A DNA stretch of 64,000 nucleotides from an uncultured Clostridia bacterium (lineage in GTDB: Bacteria; Bacillota; Clostridia; Oscillospirales; Acutalibacteraceae): the NCBI GenBank assembly GCA_947630285.1, contig CANRHD010000006.1, positions 23,813-87,812 on the forward strand, read 5' to 3'. This document shows positions 37,523 to 47,239 of this stretch, in pieces. A program made the position numbers and the translations under genes. The stretch's first letter is position 1, and each line of letters opens with the position of its first letter. The notes beneath the pieces were generated by a model that did not search any database, was not told the origin of the DNA, and worked only from the letters and a program-made list of their open reading frames with translations.

Positions 37523-38620
37523 CTAAAGTATTTCCGCCAGAATTGTGTTTGAGAGCAAAAAGCCCTCTCTTGTGAGTCTCACTCTTTCGCCGTCGGTCAA
37601 TACAAGCCCTCTGTCCGCAAATTTAACGGCCTTTTCCCTCAGGCTTTTCGGTATTCCAAAGCCGAATTTAGACTTTACTTCCGTTTCCGTAAGACCGTTT
37701 GTCAGTCTCAGCTTCAGCATTGCATACTCCTCAAAGCTTCCGCCGTCGCCGTCGCAAATATATTCGGGCTTCCGCACAAAGCCGTGAGCGTCGTTTTTGC
37801 AATAGAACCTCCTTCCGTTTATAAACGAGTGGGCGGACGCACCGACGCCCAGATACGGCTCGCAGTTCCAGTATTTAAGGTTGTGGCGGCTCTCATAACC
37901 GTCACGGGCGAAATTTGATATTTCATACTGTTTAAGGCCTCGGTTTTCCAAATATTCGCAGGCAAACAGGTACATATCCGCAACCGTGTCGTCATCGGGC
38001 AAATCAAGGCGTTCCCTCATCTTGTAAAAGGGCGTGTTCTCTTCGATTTTAAGCATATAACAGCTTATGTGAAAAACGCCCTGTGAAACGCAGAAGCCGA
38101 GAGTTTTTTCAAGGCTTTCAAGTGTGCTTCCGGGAATACCGAGCATTACATCAAGAGAAATATTTTCTATTCCGCTTTTTTGGGCGTACTCAATCGCCCT
38201 CTTCACCTCTTCGCAGTCCGCCCGTCTGCCGAGCCTTCTGCGCTCCCCGTCGTTCGCCGACTGAAGTCCGAGCGAAATTCTGTTTACTCCGCAGGCGGAA
38301 ATTTGCTCAAAAAATTCCCTTGTAACGCCGTGCGGATTACATTCGAGCGTAATTTCGCCCTCCCCCTCCATAAAGCGGTTTTTTGCGGCGCTTACGAGCA
38401 GGGATATTTGCGAAAAATCAAGTAGCGACGGGGTTCCGCCGCCTATGTAAAGCGTATCGGCTTTACAGTTGATTTCGCCCGATTTTTTTATAATTTCCGC
38501 CCTCATTGCGTCAACATATTGCCCAATAAACGCCCTGTCGCTTCTAAAGGAGTAAAAATCGCAGTACGGACATTTTGAAGCGCAAAACGGTATATGAAGA
38601 TAAAGACCGATGTTTTCCAT
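37523..38620 (-). CDS. hemW: radical SAM heme chaperone HemW
   Basis: 'LYLHIPFCASKCPYCDF'. Conserved lepA-hemW synteny. Confidence 0.88.
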   Translation of the reverse strand: MENIGLYLHIPFCASKCPYCDFYSFRSDRAFIGQYVDAMRAEIIKKSGEINCKADTLYIGGGTPSLLDFSQISLLVSAAKNRFMEGEGEITLECNPHGVTREFFEQISACGVNRISLGLQSANDGERRRLGRRADCEEVKRAIEYAQKSGIENISLDVMLGIPGSTLESLEKTLGFCVSQGVFHISCYMLKIEENTPFYKMRERLDLPDDDTVADMYLFACEYLENRGLKQYEISNFARDGYESRHNLKYWNCEPYLGVGASAHSFINGRRFYCKNDAHGFVRKPEYICDGDGGSFEEYAMLKLRLTNGLTETEVKSKFGFGIPKSLREKAVKFADRGLVLTDGERVRLTREGFLLSNTILAEIL

Positions 38621-38621
38621 A

Positions 38622-39110
38622 TCACACCTTGATAAAGCATACCTTTCGGCCGGTGCTTTCTATGTATCTGACTGCGTCGCCAAAGCTCAAATATACGGTT
38701 GCGGTGTTGTCGTTGGGGTGGAAGCCGAGGCGATTGCATTTTTTCAAATCCTCGTCAAAATACACCTCGACCTCGCCGGAGCTGTCGTTTATAACGCCGA
38801 GTGCGGAAACAGAGCCCTTTTTCACATCAAGGTATTTTAAAAGCCTTTCGTCCGAGGCAAAGCTGAGCCTTGAAGAGTCTATTTCGCCCCGTATTTTAAC
38901 CAAATCCGCCTGCTTATCGCCGCAGAGCACTACGAGCATATGCCTTTTTCCCTTGTAATCTCTCAAAAACAGATTTTTGCAGATTTCATTGTTCGCATTA
39001 AGCCCCAGCCTGTCCAAATCCTCCATGGTAAAAGCCGCGGTATGTTTTACAATTTCATAGCTTATATTAAGCTCGTCAAGTCTTTTTAAAATATTCTCCG
39101 AATTATTCAT
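38622..39110 (-). CDS. YbaK/ProX-type aminoacyl-tRNA editing domain protein
   Basis: 162 aa with '[17 protein letters not shown]' YbaK-fold motifs. Confidence 0.65.
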   Translation of the reverse strand: MNNSENILKRLDELNISYEIVKHTAAFTMEDLDRLGLNANNEICKNLFLRDYKGKRHMLVVLCGDKQADLVKIRGEIDSSRLSFASDERLLKYLDVKKGSVSALGVINDSSGEVEVYFDEDLKKCNRLGFHPNDNTATVYLSFGDAVRYIESTGRKVCFIKV

Positions 39111-40908
39111 CTAATTTAAGCACCGCCATAAATGCGTCCTGCGGCACTTCTACGGTACCGAACTTACGCATTCTCTTTTTGCCCTCTTTTTGCTTTTCAA
39201 GCAGTTTCTTTTTTCTTGTAATGTCGCCGCCGTAGCATTTTGCAAGGACATCTTTTCTCATGGCCTTGACGGTTTCCCTGGCTATAACCTTACTGCCGAC
39301 GGCTATCTGAACGGGGATCTCAAACATCTGTCTCGGGATATTATCCTTCAGCTTTTCGGCTATCTTCCTCGCCCTTGTGTATGCCTTATCTGAGTGGATT
39401 ATAAAAGAAAGCGCATCTATAATATCGCCGTTGAGAAGAACATCGAGCTTAACAAGCTGTGATTTTTGATAGCCCTTCATCTCATAGTCAAACGAGGCGT
39501 ATCCCCTTGTTCTTGATTTTAAAACATCGAAAAAGTCATAAATAATTTCATTTAGCGGAAGCACATATTTTAAATCCACACGGTCTGCGTCAAGGTAGGT
39601 CATACCCTCATATGCTCCCCGTCTGTCCTGGCACAGATCCATAATTGCGCCCACATATTCCGGCGGAGCGTATATATGCGCCTCGACAACGGGCTCTTCC
39701 GAATATTCGATAGAGGCAGGGTCGGGATAATGGCTCGGGTTGTCGATTTCAACCACGGATTTATCCGTAAGATGTATTTTATAAACAACGCTGGGTACGG
39801 TTGTTACCAGGTCGAGATTGTATTCCCTTTCAAGCCTCTCCTGTATAATTTCAAGATGCAGAAGCCCCAAAAATCCGCATCGAAAGCCGAAGCCGAGCGC
39901 ACCGGAGGTTTCGGGTTCAAACGAAAGCGAGGCGTCGTTGAGCTGTAATTTTTCAAGTGCGTCCCTCAGATTTTCATAGTCCGCCCCGTCGGCAGGATAA
40001 ATTCCGCAGAAAACCATGGGGTTTATCTTTTTGTAGCCGGGAAGCGCCTGTGAGGCAGGGTTCTGCGCCGTGGTGACGGTATCGCCCACCCTTGCGTCGG
40101 AAACGGTTTTAATGGAGGCCGTGATATAGCCTACCTCGCCCGACGAAAGCTGTTTTGACGGCTCTAACGAGGTTGCCCTCATATAGCCCGTTTCAACTAC
40201 CGTAAACTCTGCGCCCGTTGCCATCATTCTCATGGTGTCGCCGGGTTTTATTTTGCCGTCCATAACCCTTACATAGACTATTACGCCCCTGTAGCTGTCG
40301 TAAACGGAGTCAAAAATCAACGCCCTCAAAGGTTCTGCGTCACGGTCGTCGGGAGGTGGAACAAGCTTAACTATCTCCTCAAGCACGGCGCCGACATTCT
40401 CGCCCGTTTTTGCGGAAACTCTCGGCGAGTCAAGGCAGGGTATGCCTATGACATCTTCAACCTCATGCGCCACCCTTTCGGGGTCGGCGGCAGGCAAATC
40501 TATCTTATTGATTACCGGCACTATTTCAAGGTTGTGGTCGAGCGCCAAATATGTATTGGCAAGGGTCTGCGCCTCAACGCCCTGGGACGCATCGACAATA
40601 AGCACTGCTCCCTCGCATGCGGCAAGGGAACGGGAAACCTCGTAATTAAAATCCACATGGCCGGGGGTGTCGATAAGATTAAGCACATATTCCCTGCCGT
40701 CATTCGCCTTGTAATCGAGCTTTACGGCGTGCGCCTTAATCGTTATGCCCCTTTCACGCTCAAGCTCCATATTGTCAAGAAGCTGCTCCTCCATATCCCG
40801 TTTTGCTACGGAATTTGTAAGCTCAAGCAGTCTGTCCGCAAGCGTGGATTTTCCGTGATCGATATGGGCAATTATCGAAAAATTCCTGATATTGTCTTTC
40901 TTTGCCAT
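39103..40908 (-). CDS. lepA: elongation factor 4
   Basis: '[20 protein letters not shown]', 'DTPGHVDF', 601 aa. Confidence 0.97.
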   Translation of the reverse strand: MAKKDNIRNFSIIAHIDHGKSTLADRLLELTNSVAKRDMEEQLLDNMELERERGITIKAHAVKLDYKANDGREYVLNLIDTPGHVDFNYEVSRSLAACEGAVLIVDASQGVEAQTLANTYLALDHNLEIVPVINKIDLPAADPERVAHEVEDVIGIPCLDSPRVSAKTGENVGAVLEEIVKLVPPPDDRDAEPLRALIFDSVYDSYRGVIVYVRVMDGKIKPGDTMRMMATGAEFTVVETGYMRATSLEPSKQLSSGEVGYITASIKTVSDARVGDTVTTAQNPASQALPGYKKINPMVFCGIYPADGADYENLRDALEKLQLNDASLSFEPETSGALGFGFRCGFLGLLHLEIIQERLEREYNLDLVTTVPSVVYKIHLTDKSVVEIDNPSHYPDPASIEYSEEPVVEAHIYAPPEYVGAIMDLCQDRRGAYEGMTYLDADRVDLKYVLPLNEIIYDFFDVLKSRTRGYASFDYEMKGYQKSQLVKLDVLLNGDIIDALSFIIHSDKAYTRARKIAEKLKDNIPRQMFEIPVQIAVGSKVIARETVKAMRKDVLAKCYGGDITRKKKLLEKQKEGKKRMRKFGTVEVPQDAFMAVLKLDE

Positions 40909-40931
40909 AATGTACCTCTTAAAAAGTTAAT

Positions 40932-41831
40932 TTACCCGTTATTTTTTCTCTGAAACCCTCTGCCGAGTATATCGTCCGCATCGGTTACCACCATAAAGGA
41001 GTTTTGATCCTCCTGCTTTATAAGCTTTGAAAAACGGGGAACCTCGCTCGCCCTGACGGCGCAGAAGAGAATTTGCTTTTCCTTTTTTGTATATCCGCCG
41101 TAGGCGTCGATAACCGTTACTCCCCTGTCGAGGGAATATAGGATTTTTTGAGAGAGCTTTTCGCCCTTATCCGTCACTATGAAAAGGGTTTTGGAATGTG
41201 AAAAGCCCGAGCCCACCAAGTCAATCGCCTGGGTGCTGATAAAAATTGCAACTATCGCATACAGCATACTTTCAACGCTCTCATAAACAAAGGAGGAGAG
41301 TATGACTATTATGATGTCGATTATCATTATCACCCTGCCCATTGACAAATGGGGGAATTTAATGCGCAAAAGCTTTGCGATAATATCGCTACCGCCCGTT
41401 GTTGCCGAGTGCTGAAAAATAAGCCCCAGCCCTGCGCCCAAAAGCACTCCGCCGAAAACGGCGCTCAAAAGCCTGTCGCCGGAATAGCCCTTTAAAAACG
41501 GAGCGGAAACATCTATAAAAACGGAGGTTTCAAATGTTGCGATTATCGTATTAAAAATAAACTTAAAGCCGAATTTGTAAAACGAAATTATAAACAAGGG
41601 AACATTCAATACAAAAACGGTAAAGCCTATCGGTATTGAAAAAAGATAGTTGAGCACCGTGGCGATACCGGAAAAACCGCCGACCGTAATATTGTTGGGA
41701 GCGGTAAAAATATTTATTGCGGCGGCGAAGAGCATACTGCCTGCCGTCCACCAAAAAAGCTGTATAAAAAAATTTTTTATATCGGCTTTACTCTTGTAAA
41801 CTGTCAAAATACGGCACCTCTGAGTTCTCAA
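40932..41831 (-). CDS. YitT-family membrane protein (DUF2179 C-terminus)
   Basis: Five to six TM helices plus 'GVTVIDAYGGYTK'. The start codon is uncertain because the ORF overlaps mrnC by 44 nt. Confidence 0.7.
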   Translation of the reverse strand: MRTQRCRILTVYKSKADIKNFFIQLFWWTAGSMLFAAAINIFTAPNNITVGGFSGIATVLNYLFSIPIGFTVFVLNVPLFIISFYKFGFKFIFNTIIATFETSVFIDVSAPFLKGYSGDRLLSAVFGGVLLGAGLGLIFQHSATTGGSDIIAKLLRIKFPHLSMGRVIMIIDIIIVILSSFVYESVESMLYAIVAIFISTQAIDLVGSGFSHSKTLFIVTDKGEKLSQKILYSLDRGVTVIDAYGGYTKKEKQILFCAVRASEVPRFSKLIKQEDQNSFMVVTDADDILGRGFQRKNNG

Positions 41832-42198
41832 TTATAAAGTTGAAAAGCTCTTTGAGCCGCGCGTCGTTCTTTTCAAGATAAAGATAGCCGAAAAGCGCCT
41901 CAAGCCCGGTCGCATAACGGTAATCCGCCTCGGACTGATTTTTGGGCGTGTGCTTCGGGTGGGCGTTTCTGCCCCGTTTGAATACCTCAAGCTCCGTTTC
42001 ATTAAGCAAGGGTATTATTTTCTTTATCGCCCTGCTTTGAGCGCCTGCGTTGACTGCGCCGGCAGAGAGCTTATGTAGCTTTGCCGTATGCATATCGCTG
42101 TTTGACAAAAGATACTCCCTGACCATAAGCGAAAACACGGCGTCACCCAAAAACGCAAGCGAAAGCGAGCTGTAGGCGTTAATAATATTATTATCCAT
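41788..42198 (-). CDS. mrnC: mini-ribonuclease III
   Basis: 'LSLAFLGDAVFSLMVREYL' RNase III-like signature, 136 aa. Confidence 0.85.
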   Translation of the reverse strand: MDNNIINAYSSLSLAFLGDAVFSLMVREYLLSNSDMHTAKLHKLSAGAVNAGAQSRAIKKIIPLLNETELEVFKRGRNAHPKHTPKNQSEADYRYATGLEALFGYLYLEKNDARLKELFNFIIENSEVPYFDSLQE

Positions 42199-42215
42199 AA
42201 ACAGTCCTTTATTAA

Positions 42216-43487
42216 TTACGGTATATAATCAAATTCAAGGTCGTAAATCGAGACGGTGTCGCCCTCGTGTATGCCCTGCTTGATAAGCTCGTCAATAATT
42301 CCGCTTGTCTGCAAAACATTCTGAAAATATTGCAGGCTCTCGTAGTCGTCGGGGTCGGTTTTAAGCAGTATTTTATTGAGCCATTGAGCCTCTACTATAT
42401 AAACCCCGTCCTCAACGATAACCTTAAAGCCGTCGTTTTTCTTTTGCTGTATAACCTCAAGGGGTATCTCCTGCGCCTCATACTTTTTTACGGGAGGAAG
42501 CGAAGCGAGCTTTTTTGCAACCGCATTTATCAACTGCTTTGTATTGTGCTTAATCGGGGCGCAAATTTCGTAATATTCATACCCCTTGCCCTCAATATAC
42601 TCCCTGAAGCGTTCAAGCTGACCGTCGTCGGCAAGGTCGATCTTATTTCCGGCGACTATCTGCGGACATTTTGCAAGCTCGGGATTGAACTTTACAAGCT
42701 CGCCGTTGATTTTTTCAAAGTCATCGATAGGGTCCCTGCCCTCACTGCCGGCAACATCAACAATGTGAACCAACATTCTGCACCTTTCAACATGGCGCAA
42801 AAATTCGTGGCCCAGACCGTCGCCGTCCGCCGCACCCTCGATAAGACCCGGAATATCCGCCATAACGAAGCTGTTTTCGGGGCCCATTGTAACAACGCCG
42901 AGAACAGGCGTAACGGTTGTAAAATGATAATTTCCTATTATGGGCTTGGCCTCGCTGACAACGGAGAGGAAAGAGGACTTGCCCACATTGGGGAAGCCCA
43001 AAAGCCCGACATCGGCAATCAGCTTTAATTCAAGCGTTACTTCCCATTCCTCGCCGGGTGCGCCGGATTTTGCAAACTTCGGGGTCTGGCGTGTGGAGGT
43101 GGCAAAATGGCTGTTGCCCCAGCCGCCCTTGCCGCCCTTTGCGGCTATAAACGGCTCGTCCGAGGACATATCCACCATAATTACGCCGCTGACAGCCTCC
43201 CTGATAACCGTACCCCTCGGGACTTTAATAACAAGGTCGGGGGCTTTTTTACCGTTACAGCGGCTTCCTCTGCCGTTCTCGCCGTTTTGAGCCTTATATT
43301 TTCTCTTATGCTTAAAATCGGACAAGGTTGAAAGGCTGTCGTCAACAAGGAAAACGATATTGCCTCCCCTGCCGCCGTCGCCGCCGTCGGGGCCGCCTGC
43401 CGCAACATACTTTTCACGGTGGAAAGCAACCGCCCCGTCGCCGCCGTTGCCCGCCTTTATCAAAATTTTCGCCTTATCAACAAACAT
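42216..43487 (-). CDS. obg: GTPase Obg
   Basis: 'MFVDKAKILIKAGNGGDGAVAFHREKY', 'GFPNVGKSS' and a C-terminal OCT domain. Confidence 0.96.
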   Translation of the reverse strand: MFVDKAKILIKAGNGGDGAVAFHREKYVAAGGPDGGDGGRGGNIVFLVDDSLSTLSDFKHKRKYKAQNGENGRGSRCNGKKAPDLVIKVPRGTVIREAVSGVIMVDMSSDEPFIAAKGGKGGWGNSHFATSTRQTPKFAKSGAPGEEWEVTLELKLIADVGLLGFPNVGKSSFLSVVSEAKPIIGNYHFTTVTPVLGVVTMGPENSFVMADIPGLIEGAADGDGLGHEFLRHVERCRMLVHIVDVAGSEGRDPIDDFEKINGELVKFNPELAKCPQIVAGNKIDLADDGQLERFREYIEGKGYEYYEICAPIKHNTKQLINAVAKKLASLPPVKKYEAQEIPLEVIQQKKNDGFKVIVEDGVYIVEAQWLNKILLKTDPDDYESLQYFQNVLQTSGIIDELIKQGIHEGDTVSIYDLEFDYIP

Positions 43488-43670
43488 AACTCCGTTCCCT
43501 TATGCACAAAAATAAATTTCAAAAACTAATCGAATAATTATAACAAATTTTTTATAATTTATAAATAGTATTTGCATAAAAAATAAAGTTTTTTTAATTT
43601 CGGGAAATATTTATAATTTTTCAACCTGTCGATAAACTGTTTTGCAATAGCAAAATGTTCAAAAGTTTTT

Positions 43671-43842
43671 GTCCGTCTTTTTTCAAAAAGACGGTGGGGT
43701 CGAGGGGCAAAGCCCTCGGCGCAGTCCGCAGACTGCGAAACACCTGTGCTTTAAAGAGCGCAGGAGGGGCGCAAAACAGTCCGGTGAACTGTTTTGCGGT
43801 GGTGAACCCTCGCCGGGGGTTCACCATAATTTTATTTTTTTT
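43671..43842 (+). ncRNA. possible structured small RNA or repeat element ending in an intrinsic terminator
   Basis: Six consecutive hairpins. The last (GGTGAACCC/GGGTTCACC, 43801..43825) is followed by TTTTATTTTTTTT. No plausible ORF and no family recognised. Confidence 0.3.
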
Positions 43843-43952
43843 GCATATTGACAAGTGACACATACTTTTTCTGCACGCTGAATTTTTTTCGGTATTTTTT
43901 GAGTTAAGTCCTTTTTTCGGTACTTTATTTAAAAAATTTCCGAACATTTGTA

Positions 43953-43980
43953 TTGACAAAATTAAAAATCCTGCTATAAT
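43953..43980 (+). promoter_or_regulatory. sigma-A type promoter
   Basis: TTGACA, 16-nt spacer, TATAAT. Confidence 0.55.
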
Positions 43981-44052
43981 GAGGGTGTAATGAATAAGAA
44001 CGAATGTTCGGAGACAAAGCGAACGGAAACGAATGAAAACGGAGGTAACAAA

Positions 44053-44301
44053 ATGTTGGCAATATTATTAAAGACATCGGCGGAATTTATACTCTGTGCG
44101 CTTCTCATATACGGTTTTATCCATGAAAAGCAGGTAATTAAATTTGAACAGCGCCTGAAAAGGATAATAGTTGCAAATTATCGCAGATACAGGAATAAAA
44201 AGAATTTGCACGGCGTACAGCACGGCAAAAAATTGAGGCTTATCAACGGCAGAAAAAATATCCGAGGCGGCGCTTACCGCAACGGCTTTGATGTTGCGTA
44301 A
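44053..44301 (+). CDS. small membrane protein, basic C-terminus
   Basis: GGAGG RBS before the ATG at 44053. 'MLAILLKTSAEFILCALLIYGFI' TM helix. The longer ORF from 43990 starts too close to the promoter. Confidence 0.45.
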   Translation: MLAILLKTSAEFILCALLIYGFIHEKQVIKFEQRLKRIIVANYRRYRNKKNLHGVQHGKKLRLINGRKNIRGGAYRNGFDVA

Positions 44302-44683
44302 CGGTTTTTATCAAGCTTTCTCTTTTCTTTTCATAGATTTTTCACACACGGCAGACAGGGGCAGATTTTTTCTGCTCCTGTTTGCTTTTTAAGGACATAT
44401 ATCACAGTATAAAATCTACAAATACCGATTTGTGAAAAGTGCATAAAATTAATAATACTAAATAAAATATTATTATACCAAAAATTCTGCATTAAATCAA
44501 TAGAAATTACAAAATTATACATAAAATTTTCAAAACTGTCATACTGTTAAAATTTTATTATGTTTAAAACTTTTAGCTTTTTGGTAATTTTGCACAAACA
44601 TTACCAAAAAAGCCTATGTTTGTTTGACTTTGTTATACCAAAGTGGTAAAATATAGGTACAATTTGAATATGGAGGTAATATT

Positions 44684-45301
44684 ATGAAAATGAAAATCAA
44701 ATTGTCAAAGCTGACAGCGTTGATTTTGACATTAGTTATGTTTGTCAGCTTAATTCCGCTTAATGTGTTTGCCGAAGAACATCAAACAGGCTGTGAGCCG
44801 GATGATCCCGAACTTATTCAACAGTTATTGGCCATTTCCGAAAATTGTTTAAACTTATATGGTGATTTAGATAAAAGCGGCGTTGTTACAATCACAGACG
44901 CAAAGCTTGCATTGAAAGATATTGTGAATGATGTATATGATGTCGATGCTGATGTAAACAAAGACGGCCGTGTTTCTATACTTGACGCAAGACAAATTCT
45001 TCGTGTTATAGTAAAGCTTGATACATTCAAAGTAAAAGCAGAGCTTAAAGTCGGCGAAGTATATGAAACCGGTACAGCTTATGATAAAGAGCCTTGTAAA
45101 TGGACATGTACCGTATCTCCCGAAGACGGACTTACTGTAACAAAGACAATTACAAATCCTGCAACCTCTTCTCTGCCTGATATATATAAGTTAGGCTTCA
45201 CAGCAACAGTACCCGGCGAATATGAAGCTGTATTAAAATATGAAAACAGCACCACACATGAAGTGTTTAGAGAAGTAACATATAATTTTGTTGTTAAATA
45301 A
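44684..45301 (+). CDS. secreted dockerin-bearing protein with a ~100-aa beta-rich C-terminal domain (possible chagasin/I42-like inhibitor)
   Basis: Signal peptide. Type I dockerin duplicated loops 'GDLDKSGVVTITDAKLAL' and 'DVNKDGRVSILDARQIL'. C-terminal 'LKVGEVYETGTAYDKEPCKW...TATVPGEYEAVLKYEN'. Confidence 0.7.
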   Translation: MKMKIKLSKLTALILTLVMFVSLIPLNVFAEEHQTGCEPDDPELIQQLLAISENCLNLYGDLDKSGVVTITDAKLALKDIVNDVYDVDADVNKDGRVSILDARQILRVIVKLDTFKVKAELKVGEVYETGTAYDKEPCKWTCTVSPEDGLTVTKTITNPATSSLPDIYKLGFTATVPGEYEAVLKYENSTTHEVFREVTYNFVVK

Positions 45302-45303
45302 AA

Positions 45304-46410
45304 ATGAAAGAAGCAATTTACGAAATGAATAAAAAATTATTTAAAATTATCTCTGTTGTTTTATCAGTTACTTTATTATTTAGTATTATTTCATTTAATG
45401 CAGTAGCAATTGATACTAATACAACAGAATCTGAAGAATCTGAAACATCGCCATACCCCTTAGGGTGTCTTCCGGAATTGCCTGATGAAATTGAATTCCC
45501 CTCTTTTGGTAATGCTGGTGCACCCAATACAACAAAAACATCAGTTGATTTAACTTCTAAATTCCCAACCCCTGGGGAACAAGACGGATCAAGTTGTGTC
45601 GCATGGGCTATTTCCTATTTAGTTTCTGGAGAAGAATATATTAAACGAGGTTGGTCAAAGACAGAAAAATCTCATATGTTTAGCCCATATTTTATATATA
45701 ATTCACTTAACAAAGATGAAGATAAAGGGCTAAGGCTTTCAGAAGCTATGCAATTCTTAGGAAATTCAGGTATTTGTACGCTTAATTATTTTTCATGTAA
45801 AAGCGGCGACTATAAAACGGATCCTACAGGAATAGCAAAAGCTAACGCAGAATTATATAAACCTTTTAATGTATATTCTGTTAAAGGCGTTCAGGAAATG
45901 AAGAACGCAATTGCATCAAATCATGGTGTTGTTATTAGAGTTCGAGCTTACCCTGATTTGTATAATATCAGCTCCTCAAATCCTATATACGATAACACTT
46001 TAGGATTTGCACCCGGTAATCATGCAATTTGTCTTATTGGTTATGATGACAGTAAAAGTGCCTTTAAGTTTATAAACTCTTGGGGTACCGATTGGGGATT
46101 AGGCGGTTATGGCTGGATATCTTATAGATTAATAGACTCATCGCTGGCTAATATAATTGCACTAAAGGGCTATTGTATAAATTTACCTGAAAATGATGAT
46201 TATATTCTCGGCGATGTAAACGGTGACGGAAAAATAAGTATTGTAGACTCTAAATATGTTTTGCAATATGAAGCTCAAAGCAGAACTTTAACAGACAGAC
46301 AGTTTGCACTTGCAGATGTTAACGGCGACGCAAAGGTTTCAATCGCTGATTCAAAGAGCATTTTGAACTATATAGCCGGAAATATAACAAAGATGCCGTT
46401 ATATAATTAA
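45304..46410 (+). CDS. papain-like (C1) cysteine peptidase with a C-terminal dockerin
   Basis: Cys 'GSSCVAWAISY', His 'GNHAICLIGYDD' and Asn 'NSWGTDWGLGGYGWISY'. Dockerin 'GDVNGDGKISIVDSKYVL...ADVNGDAKVSIADSKSIL'. The signal peptide suggests the true start may be the ATG at 45325. Confidence 0.88.
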   Translation: MKEAIYEMNKKLFKIISVVLSVTLLFSIISFNAVAIDTNTTESEESETSPYPLGCLPELPDEIEFPSFGNAGAPNTTKTSVDLTSKFPTPGEQDGSSCVAWAISYLVSGEEYIKRGWSKTEKSHMFSPYFIYNSLNKDEDKGLRLSEAMQFLGNSGICTLNYFSCKSGDYKTDPTGIAKANAELYKPFNVYSVKGVQEMKNAIASNHGVVIRVRAYPDLYNISSSNPIYDNTLGFAPGNHAICLIGYDDSKSAFKFINSWGTDWGLGGYGWISYRLIDSSLANIIALKGYCINLPENDDYILGDVNGDGKISIVDSKYVLQYEAQSRTLTDRQFALADVNGDAKVSIADSKSILNYIAGNITKMPLYN

Positions 46411-46440
46411 TATCTATAATTTAATATTGGAGGTAATATT

Positions 46441-47058
46441 ATGAATATGAAAAACAAAACATTAAGACTTACAGCGTTGTTTCTTACATTAGTTATGTTT
46501 GTCAGCCTGTTTACTTTTAATGTAATGGCAGAAGATATTAGCTCTAAATATCCAACAGGCGCTCTGCCGGAAGATCCAAACAGCATATTCGATTTTAGAA
46601 TTATGGGTTGTTTAAACACATATGGAGATTTTGATGAAGACAATATCATTTCAATCTCGGACGCAAAGTCAATATTGAAAAGTGTTGTGCATAATGATCA
46701 AAATCCCGATAAAGATTTAAACAACGACGGCCGTGTTTCTATACTTGACGCAAGACAAATTCTTCGTGTTGTAGTAAAGCTTGATACATTCCGAATAAAA
46801 GCAGAGCTTAAAGTCGGCGAAGTATATGAAACCGGTACAGCTTATGATAAAGAGCCTTGTAAATGGACCTGTAATATATCCCCTAAAGTCGGACTCATAG
46901 GAATAAAGAAATATTCTTATCCTTCAACTCCTCCTCTTTATGAGTATAACTTCACAGCAACAGTACCCGGCGAATATGAAGCTGTATTAAAATATGAAAA
47001 CAGCACCACACACGAAGTGCTTAGGGAAATAACATATAATTTTACCGTTACCGAATAA
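46441..47058 (+). CDS. paralogue of 44684..45301 (dockerin plus the same C-terminal domain)
   Basis: Same length (205 aa) and near-identical nucleotide tracts (46726..46868 vs 44963..45105; 46951..47045 vs 45192..45290). Confidence 0.7.
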   Translation: MNMKNKTLRLTALFLTLVMFVSLFTFNVMAEDISSKYPTGALPEDPNSIFDFRIMGCLNTYGDFDEDNIISISDAKSILKSVVHNDQNPDKDLNNDGRVSILDARQILRVVVKLDTFRIKAELKVGEVYETGTAYDKEPCKWTCNISPKVGLIGIKKYSYPSTPPLYEYNFTATVPGEYEAVLKYENSTTHEVLREITYNFTVTE

Positions 47059-47095
47059 TTATTTACGGTAATTAACAAAGCAAAAAGCAAAAGAG

Positions 47096-47127
47096 AAACC
47101 GTCGGTTCGCCGGCGGTTTTATTTTTT
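47096..47127 (+). terminator. intrinsic terminator
   Basis: AAACCGTCGG/CCGGCGGTTT hairpin plus TTTTATTTTTT. Confidence 0.75.
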
Positions 47128-47239
47128 CGCAGTTCGGGACTGCACCTCGGTTTAAATGAAAACATTTTACTTTTTTAGGTTGTAATATAAAACGAAAAAT
47201 GATAAAATATTTTATATCTAAGTTCAAGGGGAAATTAAA

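Noticed and set aside
43621-43959. 112-aa minus-strand ORF upstream of obg.
   Set aside because: There is no RBS. The sequence is dominated by GC hairpins and a plus-strand terminator. The protein has an odd Cys/Arg/Lys-rich composition. I treat it as non-coding.
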